Source: an uncultured virus (IMG/VR IMGVR_UViG_3300031857_000107) (lineage: Duplodnaviria > Heunggongvirae > Uroviricota > Caudoviricetes). From it: a stretch of DNA of 64,000 bases. The notes beneath the pieces were generated by a model, which saw only the letters and a list, made by a program, of their open reading frames with translations, was not told the origin of the DNA and ran no database searches. Within the stretch, counting starts at the first letter, position 1; the number at the start of each line of letters is the position of its first letter. This document shows, piece after piece, positions 1 to 9,736 of the stretch. The DNA lies in IMG/VR virus record IMGVR_UViG_3300031857_000107, one strand, 5' to 3'. Both the position numbers and the translations under genes were made by a program.

Positions 1-2
1 CT

Positions 3-407
3 TATTATAAAAAAGAATGGACTTCTCAATTAAAAAATTGTTTTATAAGAAATACCGCTCCAGAAATAAGCGAGGAAGAAAGAATTAACTCTTTTCTATC
101 TTCTTATATATCTCTTGGTTTTTCTGCGAATGATAATATAAAAAACAATGTTGTTACAGAAAGAGTTGCCGAAGGTATTTCTTTAGGAAACGTTGTTTTA
201 TGCGATAACCCAATAGCTACCGAATGGACAGATGGTATAGTAGAATATATCTCTTCATTTGAAGATCTAAAAAATAAAATAGATTTTTTTAAAAATAATA
301 AAGAAGCTTTTTCAAAAAAACAAAAAGATGGTTATAATTGGGCTAAAAACAAAGGAACATACACACATCTTGCTAAACAGTTCATAGAAAAATCTTTAAA
401 AATATAA
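3..407 (+). CDS. 3' part of a glycosyltransferase (GT-B, CgeB/Glyco_trans_1_2-like C-terminus), truncated by window edge
   Basis: Not in ORF track. Open frame 3..407 translated by hand (…VVTERVAEGISLGNVVLCDN…HLAKQF…) resembles the 'TxRxFE..G..vlsD' GT-B motif; TAA lies just before the next ATG. Confidence 0.55.
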   Translation, partial: YYKKEWTSQLKNCFIRNTAPEISEEERINSFLSSYISLGFSANDNIKNNVVTERVAEGISLGNVVLCDNPIATEWTDGIVEYISSFEDLKNKIDFFKNNKEAFSKKQKDGYNWAKNKGTYTHLAKQFIEKSLKI

Positions 408-408
408 T

Positions 409-1428
409 ATGAAAACTGCAATTTTACTTCATGGAAATATGAGAACATTTCTCATGCCTTTAAGAGAATCTCCACAAATCAAGCTTTACGATATACTTAT
501 AAAAGACATAATTAACAAAAACGATGTAGACATTTTTATAAGCACAGACTCTGAAGATTTCTATTATAACGGTTCTCAGTATTGGAATGACGAAAAAGAA
601 ATACAGATAACAAATCCAAATAATTTTAGATTTTATAAAAACATAAAACTAGAAAGCCATGAAAACTGTTCAAACATAATAAAAGAAGAATTGCAAAAGT
701 TGCCATTAAATATAAAAAATATAAACATAATAAACGAAAAAAATGACCACAGAAATAATGATAACTTTAGGATAGTCAAAGAATCAAACTATCGAGGTTC
801 TATTCCAGAGCTTTTATTTTCTCAATATAAAAAAATATACGATTGTTATAAAATGATGGAAGATTATGAAAATAAAAACAATTTCAAATATGACATAGTT
901 TTTAAAACAAGATTCGATTGTATATTTAAATGCAAAAAAGATTTTAATTTAGAATCGTTATATTATGAAAACTGTATTTATGTTCCAGATTTTTCACAAT
1001 CAATTGTATATGATTGGTATGCTTTATCTAAAAGAAAATATATTTTAGAATATTTAAAATTATATAAAAATTTAGGTTTCACAATAAATAAACCAACATA
1101 CGGTTTTGAAAACAAATGTTGCGGAAGAAATATTATTAATGGTAATATTCCCGAAGATATAAAAAATTCACCCATATATCCCAATGTTAAATTTTGCGTT
1201 AATTGTAAAAAAACTTTTGAAACCACTTATTTTGACCTGACCATATCTTCAGAATATCACATTCATGAAATTTTAAATGAAAGTAAAATAAACATAAAAA
1301 GATCTACCGATGTAGGATTTTACGGTCAAGTCTATAGATATCTAAACGAAACTGACAATTTTTTATTAAATAATATAATCGATAACAATAAGATTAAAAA
1401 AATAAAAATTTTTGACAACGTTAATTAA
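409..1428 (+). CDS. hypothetical protein, probably glycan-modifying (glycosyltransferase-like)
   Basis: 'AILLHGNMRTF', 'YDIVFKTRFD' and 'SSEYH' motifs seen in glycan-cluster proteins; context. Confidence 0.4.
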   Translation: MKTAILLHGNMRTFLMPLRESPQIKLYDILIKDIINKNDVDIFISTDSEDFYYNGSQYWNDEKEIQITNPNNFRFYKNIKLESHENCSNIIKEELQKLPLNIKNINIINEKNDHRNNDNFRIVKESNYRGSIPELLFSQYKKIYDCYKMMEDYENKNNFKYDIVFKTRFDCIFKCKKDFNLESLYYENCIYVPDFSQSIVYDWYALSKRKYILEYLKLYKNLGFTINKPTYGFENKCCGRNIINGNIPEDIKNSPIYPNVKFCVNCKKTFETTYFDLTISSEYHIHEILNESKINIKRSTDVGFYGQVYRYLNETDNFLLNNIIDNNKIKKIKIFDNVN

Positions 1429-1445
1429 TTAATAATACAACAAAC

Positions 1446-2192
1446 ATGGAAAGGATAATCAAACAATTCACTGGATTTTCTGGTAGCCATGTTTATTTAA
1501 TGGAAGATGATGGAAAAAAATTTATTCGTAAAATTAATAACATTGAAAGAAATTACAATAAACTAGTTGAACTAAACAATCTGAATTATAATGTTCCAAA
1601 AATATATAAAAAATCTAACGACACTTTAGATATACAATACATACATGGAATAGACATGCAATTTTTTTTAAAAGCTTATGATTTAAATTTGTTCACAGAT
1701 TCAATTATAGAGTTAATTAACAGTTTTAAAAAAACAGAAAAAATAAAAAACTATAAAGACTGTTATATTAAAAAATTGGAAGAAATTAAAAATTATAAAA
1801 ATTTTCCTTTTACAAAAGAAGAGTTTTTGTCAAAGCTCCCAGAAAAACTGCCTCAATCAATTTGCCACGGAGATTTCACTTTAGATAACCTTATTTTTAG
1901 CAATAGTAAGTTTTATATGATAGATTGTTCAACAGGAGATTTCGACTCTTGGATTTTTGATATAACAAAATTAAGACAAGATTTAAAATGCAAATGGTTT
2001 CTAAGAAATTCAAACGATAAAAGTTTATATAATTGCTTAGAGTTGATAGAAAATAAACTAAAAAAAGAATATCCACAAGCGTTTGATGATAATTTATTAA
2101 TACTTATGCTTTTGAGAGTATATATTTATACAAAAAAAGATTCTATTGAGCAGAAATTTATCATAAAAAACATAAAATCATTATGGAAATAA
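1446..2192 (+). CDS. APH/choline-kinase family phosphotransferase
   Basis: GFSGS loop, CHGDFTLDN catalytic motif, MID. Confidence 0.8.
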   Translation: MERIIKQFTGFSGSHVYLMEDDGKKFIRKINNIERNYNKLVELNNLNYNVPKIYKKSNDTLDIQYIHGIDMQFFLKAYDLNLFTDSIIELINSFKKTEKIKNYKDCYIKKLEEIKNYKNFPFTKEEFLSKLPEKLPQSICHGDFTLDNLIFSNSKFYMIDCSTGDFDSWIFDITKLRQDLKCKWFLRNSNDKSLYNCLELIENKLKKEYPQAFDDNLLILMLLRVYIYTKKDSIEQKFIIKNIKSLWK

Positions 2193-3235
2193 TCGTTCCC
2201 GCAGCAGGTCTATCTTCAAGGTTTCCAAACACAAGACCAAAATATTCTTTATTTACTTATTCTGGAGAAATGATGCTTAAAAAAGCATTAGAACCATTTC
2301 TTGGAAAATATCGTATAAATATTGGAATTTTAAAAAAACATGATGATGAATTTAATTTAAAATCTCTTATACTAAACGAAATCAAAGGACACATAAATGT
2401 TGTAATAATTGACGAAGAGACACTAGGCCCAGCAGATACTGTCTTTCAAATATTAGAAAAAGCAGAAATATCAGATGAATCAGAGATCTTAATAAAAGAC
2501 TGCGACTCTTTTTTCAATTTTGATTATTCTATTGGTAATTTTATCTGCGTAGCTCGCCTTTGCGATCAAGAATCGATCAATAAACCCGCTTCAAAAAGTT
2601 ATATAATTTCAAACGATCAAGGAACGATCACTAAAATAATAGAAAAATCTATAATATCAGACAAGTTCTGCGTTGGCGGTTATAAATTTGAAAGCGCTTT
2701 ATTATTTAAATCAGCTTTTAAAAAATTAAAAAATATTAATAGTGAACTTTTTGTTTCTGGAATAATAGAAATTTGCTTATCAGACAAACATATTTTTTCA
2801 GAAAAAATTGTTTCAGACTATGTTGACGTTGGAACTATAAAAGAATGGTTAGATTATAATGATAAAGCTGTTATCTTTTGTGATATAGATGGAACACTTA
2901 TTAAAGCTCAAAGTAAAAATGAATATCATGATCTAGGCATTCCATTAATTGAAAACACAAAAGCTATTTTAAAACTTATAAAAGAAAACAATCAAGTATT
3001 TTTTGTTACCGCTCGCCCAGAATCAGCAAGAGAATCAACAATTAAAACTTTAGAAAACATCGGTTTTATAAATCCTAATATAATCATGGGTTTATATAAC
3101 TGCAAACGAGTTTTAATTAATGACTTTAACAATGCGAACCCTTATCCAAGAGCCATAAGCATAAATATACAAAGAAATTCCGACACGTTATCTAATCAAC
3201 TTAATATTAAAAACAGCATTTTACAACAAATTTGA
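2183..3235 (+). CDS. sugar-phosphate nucleotidyltransferase fused to C-terminal HAD phosphatase
   Basis: PAAGLSSRF…PK N-terminal motif; DVGT; CDIDGTL, VTAR and INDF HAD motifs. Confidence 0.8.
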   Translation: MEIIVPAAGLSSRFPNTRPKYSLFTYSGEMMLKKALEPFLGKYRINIGILKKHDDEFNLKSLILNEIKGHINVVIIDEETLGPADTVFQILEKAEISDESEILIKDCDSFFNFDYSIGNFICVARLCDQESINKPASKSYIISNDQGTITKIIEKSIISDKFCVGGYKFESALLFKSAFKKLKNINSELFVSGIIEICLSDKHIFSEKIVSDYVDVGTIKEWLDYNDKAVIFCDIDGTLIKAQSKNEYHDLGIPLIENTKAILKLIKENNQVFFVTARPESARESTIKTLENIGFINPNIIMGLYNCKRVLINDFNNANPYPRAISINIQRNSDTLSNQLNIKNSILQQI

Positions 3236-3275
3236 AAAAAAAATAAAAAATCTACTATATTAGAATAATAAAAAA

Positions 3276-4217
3276 ATGAATAAAACATCAAAAATTTTTA
3301 TTGCTGGACATCATGGACTAGCTGGATCTGCGATTCTTAGGTTATTGAGGAAAGAAGGGTACACAAACATATTAATTGAAGATAAAAATAATTTAAATTT
3401 AAAAGAAAAGCAGAATGTAGAACAGTGGTTTGAAAAGAATAAACCAGAATATGTATTTTTAGCCGCTGCTAAAGTTGGAGGTATTTATGCAAATGATGCT
3501 CATCCAGCGGAATTTATTTATGATAATCTTGAAATACAAAATAACGTAATTCATTCTTCATATTTAAATAGAGTTAAAAAGCTTTTGTTTATGGGGAGTA
3601 TTTGCATATATCCAAAATTCGCTTCTGAACCCGTAAACGAAAACTCTTTGCTTTGCGGTGAACTAGAACCGACAAACGAATGGTACGCGATTGCCAAGAT
3701 AGCTGGAATTAAGATGTGTCAAGCATATCGCAAACAATATGGATGTAATTTTATTTCAGCGATGCCATGTAATCTATATGGAATTAATGATAATTTTCAT
3801 TCCATGAATTCGCACGTTTTGCCAGCTTTGATAAAAAGATTTCACGAAGCTAAACTAAATAATCTTTCATCTGTAACTTGTTGGGGTACAGGTTCTCCTA
3901 GAAGAGAATTCTTAAATTCGGATGATTTAGCTACCGCACTTTTATTTTTAATGCTTAATTACGATGAAAAAGAAATTATAAATGTCGGTTATGGAGAAGA
4001 TGTTACCATCAAAGATCTTACAGAATCTATTAAAAAAGTATCTGGATACACTGGTGAAATTTTATGGGATAGCTCCAAACCAAACGGAACACCTAAAAGA
4101 CTTTTAGATGTTAAAAAGCTATTTAATTTAGGATGGAGACCAAAAATTAAACTACAAGATGGACTGGAAACTACATATAAGTGGTTTCAAGAAAATTACA
4201 ATAATATAAGAAAATGA
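3276..4217 (+). CDS. fcl: GDP-L-fucose synthase
   Basis: AGHHGLAG, AAAKVGGI, LEPTNEWYAIAK, SHVLPAL, WGTGSPRREFL. Confidence 0.95.
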   Translation: MNKTSKIFIAGHHGLAGSAILRLLRKEGYTNILIEDKNNLNLKEKQNVEQWFEKNKPEYVFLAAAKVGGIYANDAHPAEFIYDNLEIQNNVIHSSYLNRVKKLLFMGSICIYPKFASEPVNENSLLCGELEPTNEWYAIAKIAGIKMCQAYRKQYGCNFISAMPCNLYGINDNFHSMNSHVLPALIKRFHEAKLNNLSSVTCWGTGSPRREFLNSDDLATALLFLMLNYDEKEIINVGYGEDVTIKDLTESIKKVSGYTGEILWDSSKPNGTPKRLLDVKKLFNLGWRPKIKLQDGLETTYKWFQENYNNIRK

Positions 4218-4225
4218 TTTAAAGA

Positions 4226-5329
4226 ATGAATAATAAAATATCCATCATCGGAATAGGAAAATTAGGAATCTGTCTGTCTTTAAATTTAGAAAAACATGGA
4301 TATGAGATAACTGGAGTCGATATAAATGAAAAATATGTAAATAAAATAAACTCAAAAACTCTCGAATCAGACGAACCATTTGTTGAAGATTATTTAAAAA
4401 ATAGTAAAAATTTTATTGCAACCACTGATATTGAAAAATCTTTATTGAATAAAATAATTTTTATAGCTGTTGCCACATCTAGTTTAGAATCTGGAAAATA
4501 CGATCATTCTCAAATAGAAAATGTAATAAATAACATTTTAGAATTTGGGCCACAAAATGAAAAAAAATATTTAGTTATAAATTGCACCACAATGCCTACA
4601 TATTGCGAAAAATTACAAGAAAAAATAAAAAGTTATAATTACGAAATTTGCTACAATCCTGAATTTATTGCTCAAGGAACTATTATTAAAGATCAAGCAA
4701 ATCCTGATATTGTATTAATAGGCTGCAAATCAAATGAGGCTTATGAATTGATTTCAGAGATACATAAAAAATTATGCACCAACAATCCTATTTATCATAG
4801 AATGTCTACAACCGAAGCTGAAATTACAAAAATCGCTTTAAATTGTTTTTTAACAACAAAAATAGCATACGCAAACATGGTCGGAGACATATCTAAAAAA
4901 ACAAACTGTAATCCTGATATTATACTAAAAGCCATTGCATCTGACAGCAGAGTAGGTAATAAATATTTAAAGTATGGATTTGGATTTGGTGGCCCTTGTT
5001 TTCCGAGAGACAATCGTGCGTTTGGATTATTTTGTGAAGAAAACGGAATTTATCCACACATTAGTTACGCAACAGACCAAAGTAATAAATCACATATTTT
5101 ATATCAATTGAACGATTTTGAAAATAGAATTTCAAAAAATGAAATCGTTAATTTTAACACTGTCACTTACAAACCAGAATCTACAATACTAGAAGAGTCA
5201 CAACAGTTAAAACTTGCTTATGAGTTAACCGAAAGAGGATATAAAGTTAATATCATAGAAAGAGAAAAAATAATAAATAAATTAAAACATTTATACGGAA
5301 ACAGATTTATTTATACTGTAATAAAATGA
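4226..5329 (+). CDS. ugd: UDP-glucose/GDP-mannose 6-dehydrogenase family
   Basis: GIGKLG, NPEFIAQG, AEITK…N, GFGGPCFPRD. Confidence 0.85.
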   Translation: MNNKISIIGIGKLGICLSLNLEKHGYEITGVDINEKYVNKINSKTLESDEPFVEDYLKNSKNFIATTDIEKSLLNKIIFIAVATSSLESGKYDHSQIENVINNILEFGPQNEKKYLVINCTTMPTYCEKLQEKIKSYNYEICYNPEFIAQGTIIKDQANPDIVLIGCKSNEAYELISEIHKKLCTNNPIYHRMSTTEAEITKIALNCFLTTKIAYANMVGDISKKTNCNPDIILKAIASDSRVGNKYLKYGFGFGGPCFPRDNRAFGLFCEENGIYPHISYATDQSNKSHILYQLNDFENRISKNEIVNFNTVTYKPESTILEESQQLKLAYELTERGYKVNIIEREKIINKLKHLYGNRFIYTVIK

Positions 5330-5360
5330 TACCGATTTCTATTTTTAAAAAAATATAAAA

Positions 5361-5954
5361 ATGAAAACTTATTCAGGAGAAGAATCTTTGCAAGATGTTT
5401 TTGCTTCGTTTGTTAATTCAGATATAGACAAAGGATTTGTTGTAGATATTGGCTGTAAAACTCCAGGAAAAGGCAGTAATTCTACTCTATTTTTAGAAAA
5501 AGGATGGTCAGGAGTCGGAGCGGATTTATCAGATTATAGATTGCTATGGGCCAAATATAAAAATTATAATTTCTATAATATAGATGTTACCATAAAAAAT
5601 AATATAGATATTTTATTTACTGGATGTCCCAATGTTATTGAATTTTTATCTTTAGATGTAGATGAAGCTGGTTTATTAGCATTAAAAAATATAGATTTAG
5701 ATAAATTTAAATTTAAATGCATCTGCATAGAACATGATTACTATCGTTTTGGAGAGTCTTTAAGACTGCCACAAAGAGAACTTTTAGATAAAAGATATTC
5801 TAGAGTTGTACAAACTCAAGCCGAAGATTGGTATGTGGATTATTCTTTATTAGATGAAAACGTGATTAACAATTTAAAAAATATACCTAAACATTCAGAA
5901 CTATATGGACATGAAATGATAAAAATATTCGAATGGTTAAATTTAATTAAATAA
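5361..5954 (+). CDS. FkbM-like SAM methyltransferase
   Basis: VDIG…SNS…GWSG, FLSLDVD, CIEHD. Confidence 0.7.
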   Translation: MKTYSGEESLQDVFASFVNSDIDKGFVVDIGCKTPGKGSNSTLFLEKGWSGVGADLSDYRLLWAKYKNYNFYNIDVTIKNNIDILFTGCPNVIEFLSLDVDEAGLLALKNIDLDKFKFKCICIEHDYYRFGESLRLPQRELLDKRYSRVVQTQAEDWYVDYSLLDENVINNLKNIPKHSELYGHEMIKIFEWLNLIK

Positions 5955-5957
5955 TTT

Positions 5958-6578
5958 ATGAATCAATATATTATAGATGTAGGCACTTCTTATAGCGCTC
6001 CAAGAGGAATAGAATTAAAAAAACAATACGGACTTCCTGTTATTTTCATTGAACCAAATAAATCAGCATTGGATAGAGTTCCAGCGCAATCAAATGATAT
6101 AAAATTAAATTTAGCAGTAACCTCTTTTGATGGAGAAATTGAATTCAACTATTATCAAGATGGCACCGATTCAATTCTTGAAACTAATTTAGACGAAATA
6201 CATAACTATATAGATGGTTATACAGGCAAAAATGCTATTAAAGAAAAATGGACTGCATGGAAAAAAGAAAAAGTTAAATGCATGAGACTAGATAGTATTA
6301 TAAATAAACACTCTATTTCATTAATTCCACATTTAAAAATCGATACACAAGGACATGATTTTGAAGTAATTAAAAGCGCGGGATCTCAAATTAATATTAT
6401 AAAGTATATTGAATGCGAAGTCCAAACAACTAAATTTGAAATATATAAAAATCAGTCAAAAAAAGAAGAATTAATTAAATATATGATCGGCAAAAACTTT
6501 GAATTAATAGGTTTAACAAAGCAAACATTTGATCAAGAAGAAAACTTAACATTTGAAAACAAAACAATCCATGTATAA
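5958..6578 (+). CDS. FkbM family methyltransferase
   Basis: IDVG, IEPN, RLD, LKIDTQGHD. Confidence 0.85.
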   Translation: MNQYIIDVGTSYSAPRGIELKKQYGLPVIFIEPNKSALDRVPAQSNDIKLNLAVTSFDGEIEFNYYQDGTDSILETNLDEIHNYIDGYTGKNAIKEKWTAWKKEKVKCMRLDSIINKHSISLIPHLKIDTQGHDFEVIKSAGSQINIIKYIECEVQTTKFEIYKNQSKKEELIKYMIGKNFELIGLTKQTFDQEENLTFENKTIHV

Positions 6579-6589
6579 AAGTCATACAA

Positions 6590-7336
6590 ATGAACGAAAT
6601 TATTAAAAAAGTTTTAAGTCCTATTTTAAAAAACGATAAAATCTACATTGATCCTAAATTTAAAAAAATAAAAATAGATGTAGGATTATCTATAAATGCT
6701 CCAAACACCGAATATTGGTTGAGAAACGAAAACGATTTAATTGTTATAGGATTTGAACCTAGTTCGATGTGTTTTGATAATCTTACATTACTCAACGAAG
6801 AAAATAGAAATAAATACACAGAATATGTATTCGTTTCCAAAGAAAGATTAAACGATTCTTTTTTTCCAATTAAGTGCGCGTTATCGTCTGGAGAACCAAG
6901 ATATCAAAAGTTCTATAATACCGCTAAAAATAAAGATGATAAAAGCCTTTTGGGATGCTCATCATTATACGAACCATCACATAGATTGCCTATAATAGAA
7001 ACTGAAAATGTTCCCGTGATTTCATTATCTAATGTTTTTAATTTATTTCCATGGGAAGAAATTTCTTATATTGATCAATTAAAAATAGACGCTCAAGGAA
7101 GCGATTTCAATATATTAATTGGCGCGGAAGATTACCTAAATAATATTGCATATATAACCATAGAAAACTCTACTTATGATTTTTATAAAAAAGAAGACGA
7201 TTCTTATAAATTCGATTCTTACTTGAAAAAATATAGTTTTGAAAAGATATCAGAGACTGGAGGAAATTCTACATATTTAAATAAAAATCATTTAGATGAA
7301 GTTAATAAAATTAAATTTTTTATAGAAAATAAATGA
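6590..7336 (+). CDS. FkbM family methyltransferase
   Basis: IDVG, GFEP, LKIDAQGSD. Confidence 0.8.
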   Translation: MNEIIKKVLSPILKNDKIYIDPKFKKIKIDVGLSINAPNTEYWLRNENDLIVIGFEPSSMCFDNLTLLNEENRNKYTEYVFVSKERLNDSFFPIKCALSSGEPRYQKFYNTAKNKDDKSLLGCSSLYEPSHRLPIIETENVPVISLSNVFNLFPWEEISYIDQLKIDAQGSDFNILIGAEDYLNNIAYITIENSTYDFYKKEDDSYKFDSYLKKYSFEKISETGGNSTYLNKNHLDEVNKIKFFIENK

Positions 7337-8142
7337 AAACTAATATTTTTTTTACCACCAGTTCGGATGGATTAAAAAGAGAAGGTATTGGAGCTACAGC
7401 TCAATATCAAATTATTTGTTATATACTATCAAAAATATATAACACACAATTTTATTTTACAGGATTTAAAAATTTACATCACTATCAATATTTCAATATA
7501 ACGCAAGAAGAATGGGACCAAGAAATTACGGAGTTTTTTAATTTTAAAGTTTCTCCTCTTTTAGAACATGACATAATAGATATAGAGGATAATTTTTCAT
7601 TGAATGTCATAAGCAATCAAAAACACACAATTATTTTAAATTTAAAATATATTTTTTTACTAAAAATGATTGATAAAATAATAGATGAACCCAGAACAAG
7701 AGAAATTTTATTAGATTTAAAGAACAATTTAAAACTAAACCAAGATCAAAAATATTTCAAAAATAATAAAAAAAATATTGCAATACACATCAGAAAATTT
7801 ACACAAACCGATTGCTGCACATCTTCTATGAGAGAATATTTTAGCGAAGAAAGAAAAGATATTTATCTTGATTATATTAAAAAATTGGACGATAAAAATC
7901 ATGCATTTCATATCTTTTCTCAAGGAGAAGAGAAAGAATTTGAATTTTTAAAAAAGGAAAACGTTTTCTTACATATTGAAGAAAATCCTTTAGTTTCTTT
8001 ATATCACATGATAAATGCAGATTTTTTAATTACGGCCAATAGCGCACTAAGCTATATCGCCCATCTTTTAGGAAATCATGAAAAATGTTTTGGAAGAAGT
8101 AATTTTTGTCATAAATGGAAAAAAGAAACAATATTAATTTAA
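7333..8142 (+). CDS. putative fucosyltransferase (GT11-like)
   Basis: EGIG…Q, IAIHIR, 'ADFLITANSALS' GDP-fucose-binding-type motifs. Confidence 0.55.
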   Translation: MKTNIFFTTSSDGLKREGIGATAQYQIICYILSKIYNTQFYFTGFKNLHHYQYFNITQEEWDQEITEFFNFKVSPLLEHDIIDIEDNFSLNVISNQKHTIILNLKYIFLLKMIDKIIDEPRTREILLDLKNNLKLNQDQKYFKNNKKNIAIHIRKFTQTDCCTSSMREYFSEERKDIYLDYIKKLDDKNHAFHIFSQGEEKEFEFLKKENVFLHIEENPLVSLYHMINADFLITANSALSYIAHLLGNHEKCFGRSNFCHKWKKETILI

Positions 8143-8146
8143 CAAA

Positions 8147-9118
8147 ATGAAAAATACGATTTTAATAGCAGGAGCAGGTGGTTTTATAGGCGGCGAACTA
8201 GTAAATTATTTTAGAAAAAATTCTAATTATAATATTCGTGCCGTTGACCGAAAACCTATATACGAGTGGTATCAAAAATTTGATGATGTAGAAAATTTAT
8301 GTTTAGATCTACAAAAAGAAGACAATTGTTATATCGCGGCTGAAAATACAAAAGAGATTTATAATCTTGCTGCTGATATGGGTGGCATGGGATTTATTGA
8401 GCATAATAAAGCTTTATGCATGTTGAGCGTATTAACAAATACAAATCTATTATTAGCAGCGAAAGACAATAAAACTAAAAGATTTTTCTTTTCTTCTTCG
8501 GCGTGTGTTTATAATGGCGATAAACAAAAAGATTCTAATATTATATCACTGAAAGAAGAAGACGCTTATCCAGCTTTAGCAGAAGATGGTTATGGGTGGG
8601 AAAAGCTTTTTAGCGAAAGAATGTGTAGGCATTTTTATGAAGACTTTGGTCTAGAGACTAGAGTGGCTAGATATCATAACGTATACGGTCCTTTTGGAAC
8701 TTGGGACGGTGGAAGAGAAAAGGCTCCAGCAGCTATTTGCCGTAAAGTTATAAAAGCAAAAATTACCGGCAATCATGAAATTGAAATTTGGGGAGATGGC
8801 AATCAAACTAGATCTTTTATGTATATTGATGATTGCATCAAAGGATCAACAATGTTAATGCAAAGCGATTTCAGAGATCCAATAAATATAGGTAGTTCTG
8901 AAAAAGTAACCATTAATCAACTTGTAGATATAGCAGAAAATATAGCAGGAATCAAATTAAATCGCAAATATAAACTAGACGCTCCAAAAGGAGTGAATGG
9001 CAGAAATTCTAATAATACTTTAATATTAAATAAGCTTAACTGGGAACCTTCTATTTCATTAGAAACAGGTTTAGAAAAAACTTATAAATGGATTTATGAT
9101 GAAATAAGTAAAAAATGA
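8147..9118 (+). CDS. GDP-mannose 3,5-epimerase-like NAD-dependent epimerase
   Basis: GAGGFIG, NLAADMGGMGFI, SSSACVY, YGWEK, GGREKAPAAICRK. Confidence 0.9.
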   Translation: MKNTILIAGAGGFIGGELVNYFRKNSNYNIRAVDRKPIYEWYQKFDDVENLCLDLQKEDNCYIAAENTKEIYNLAADMGGMGFIEHNKALCMLSVLTNTNLLLAAKDNKTKRFFFSSSACVYNGDKQKDSNIISLKEEDAYPALAEDGYGWEKLFSERMCRHFYEDFGLETRVARYHNVYGPFGTWDGGREKAPAAICRKVIKAKITGNHEIEIWGDGNQTRSFMYIDDCIKGSTMLMQSDFRDPINIGSSEKVTINQLVDIAENIAGIKLNRKYKLDAPKGVNGRNSNNTLILNKLNWEPSISLETGLEKTYKWIYDEISKK

Positions 9119-9627
9119 GAAAAAAATTATTTAAAAAGAAAACCTCTTATTTTATAGAAACAGGCAGTTATATTGGAGAAGGTATTGATCTAGCTATAAA
9201 AAGTGGATTTGATTTTATTTATTCTATTGAATTATCTACATATTTTTTTAATCAATGTAAAGAAAAATTTAAAACAAATCCTGATGTTGAAATAATTTTT
9301 GGCGACTCTTCTTTTGAACTTCCAGCGCTGTTAAATAGAAAAAATAATATCCCATTCACTTATTGGCTAGACGGCCATTATAGCGGAGACGGTACAGCGA
9401 GAGGATCAAAAGACAGTCCTTTAATTGAAGAGTTAAACACTATTTTAAAAAGAGATATAAACGGAGAAATGATTTATATCGATGACATGAGAATATATAA
9501 AAATTTTGATCAAGAATTGAATTTAAATTCTATAATAGAAATAGTAAAAAAATATAAACCATATTCACGAATATCTTTTGAAGATACAGATTATGCGAAA
9601 CAAGATATTATGGTTATAGAATATTAA
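9115..9627 (+). CDS. SAM-dependent methyltransferase-like protein
   Basis: FIETGS, SIEL, GDS, WLDGH, IDD. Confidence 0.7.
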   Translation: MRKKLFKKKTSYFIETGSYIGEGIDLAIKSGFDFIYSIELSTYFFNQCKEKFKTNPDVEIIFGDSSFELPALLNRKNNIPFTYWLDGHYSGDGTARGSKDSPLIEELNTILKRDINGEMIYIDDMRIYKNFDQELNLNSIIEIVKKYKPYSRISFEDTDYAKQDIMVIEY

Positions 9628-9658
9628 AAATATAAAAATCTTTTTAACTGATCATTCT

Positions 9659-9736
9659 GCAAAAACAAAACTAGAAGATGAGCTAAAAAAAACTTATAAT
9701 TTATACTTAAATAATCAAGATAAATTAAAACTATGA
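9659..9736 (+). pseudogene. relic 3' end of an Fcl/epimerase-type gene
   Basis: Start-less frame reads AKTKLEDELKKTYNLYLNNQDKLKL*, similar to Fcl end PKIKLQDGLETTYKWFQEN; its TGA overlaps the gmd ATG (ATGA). Confidence 0.5.
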
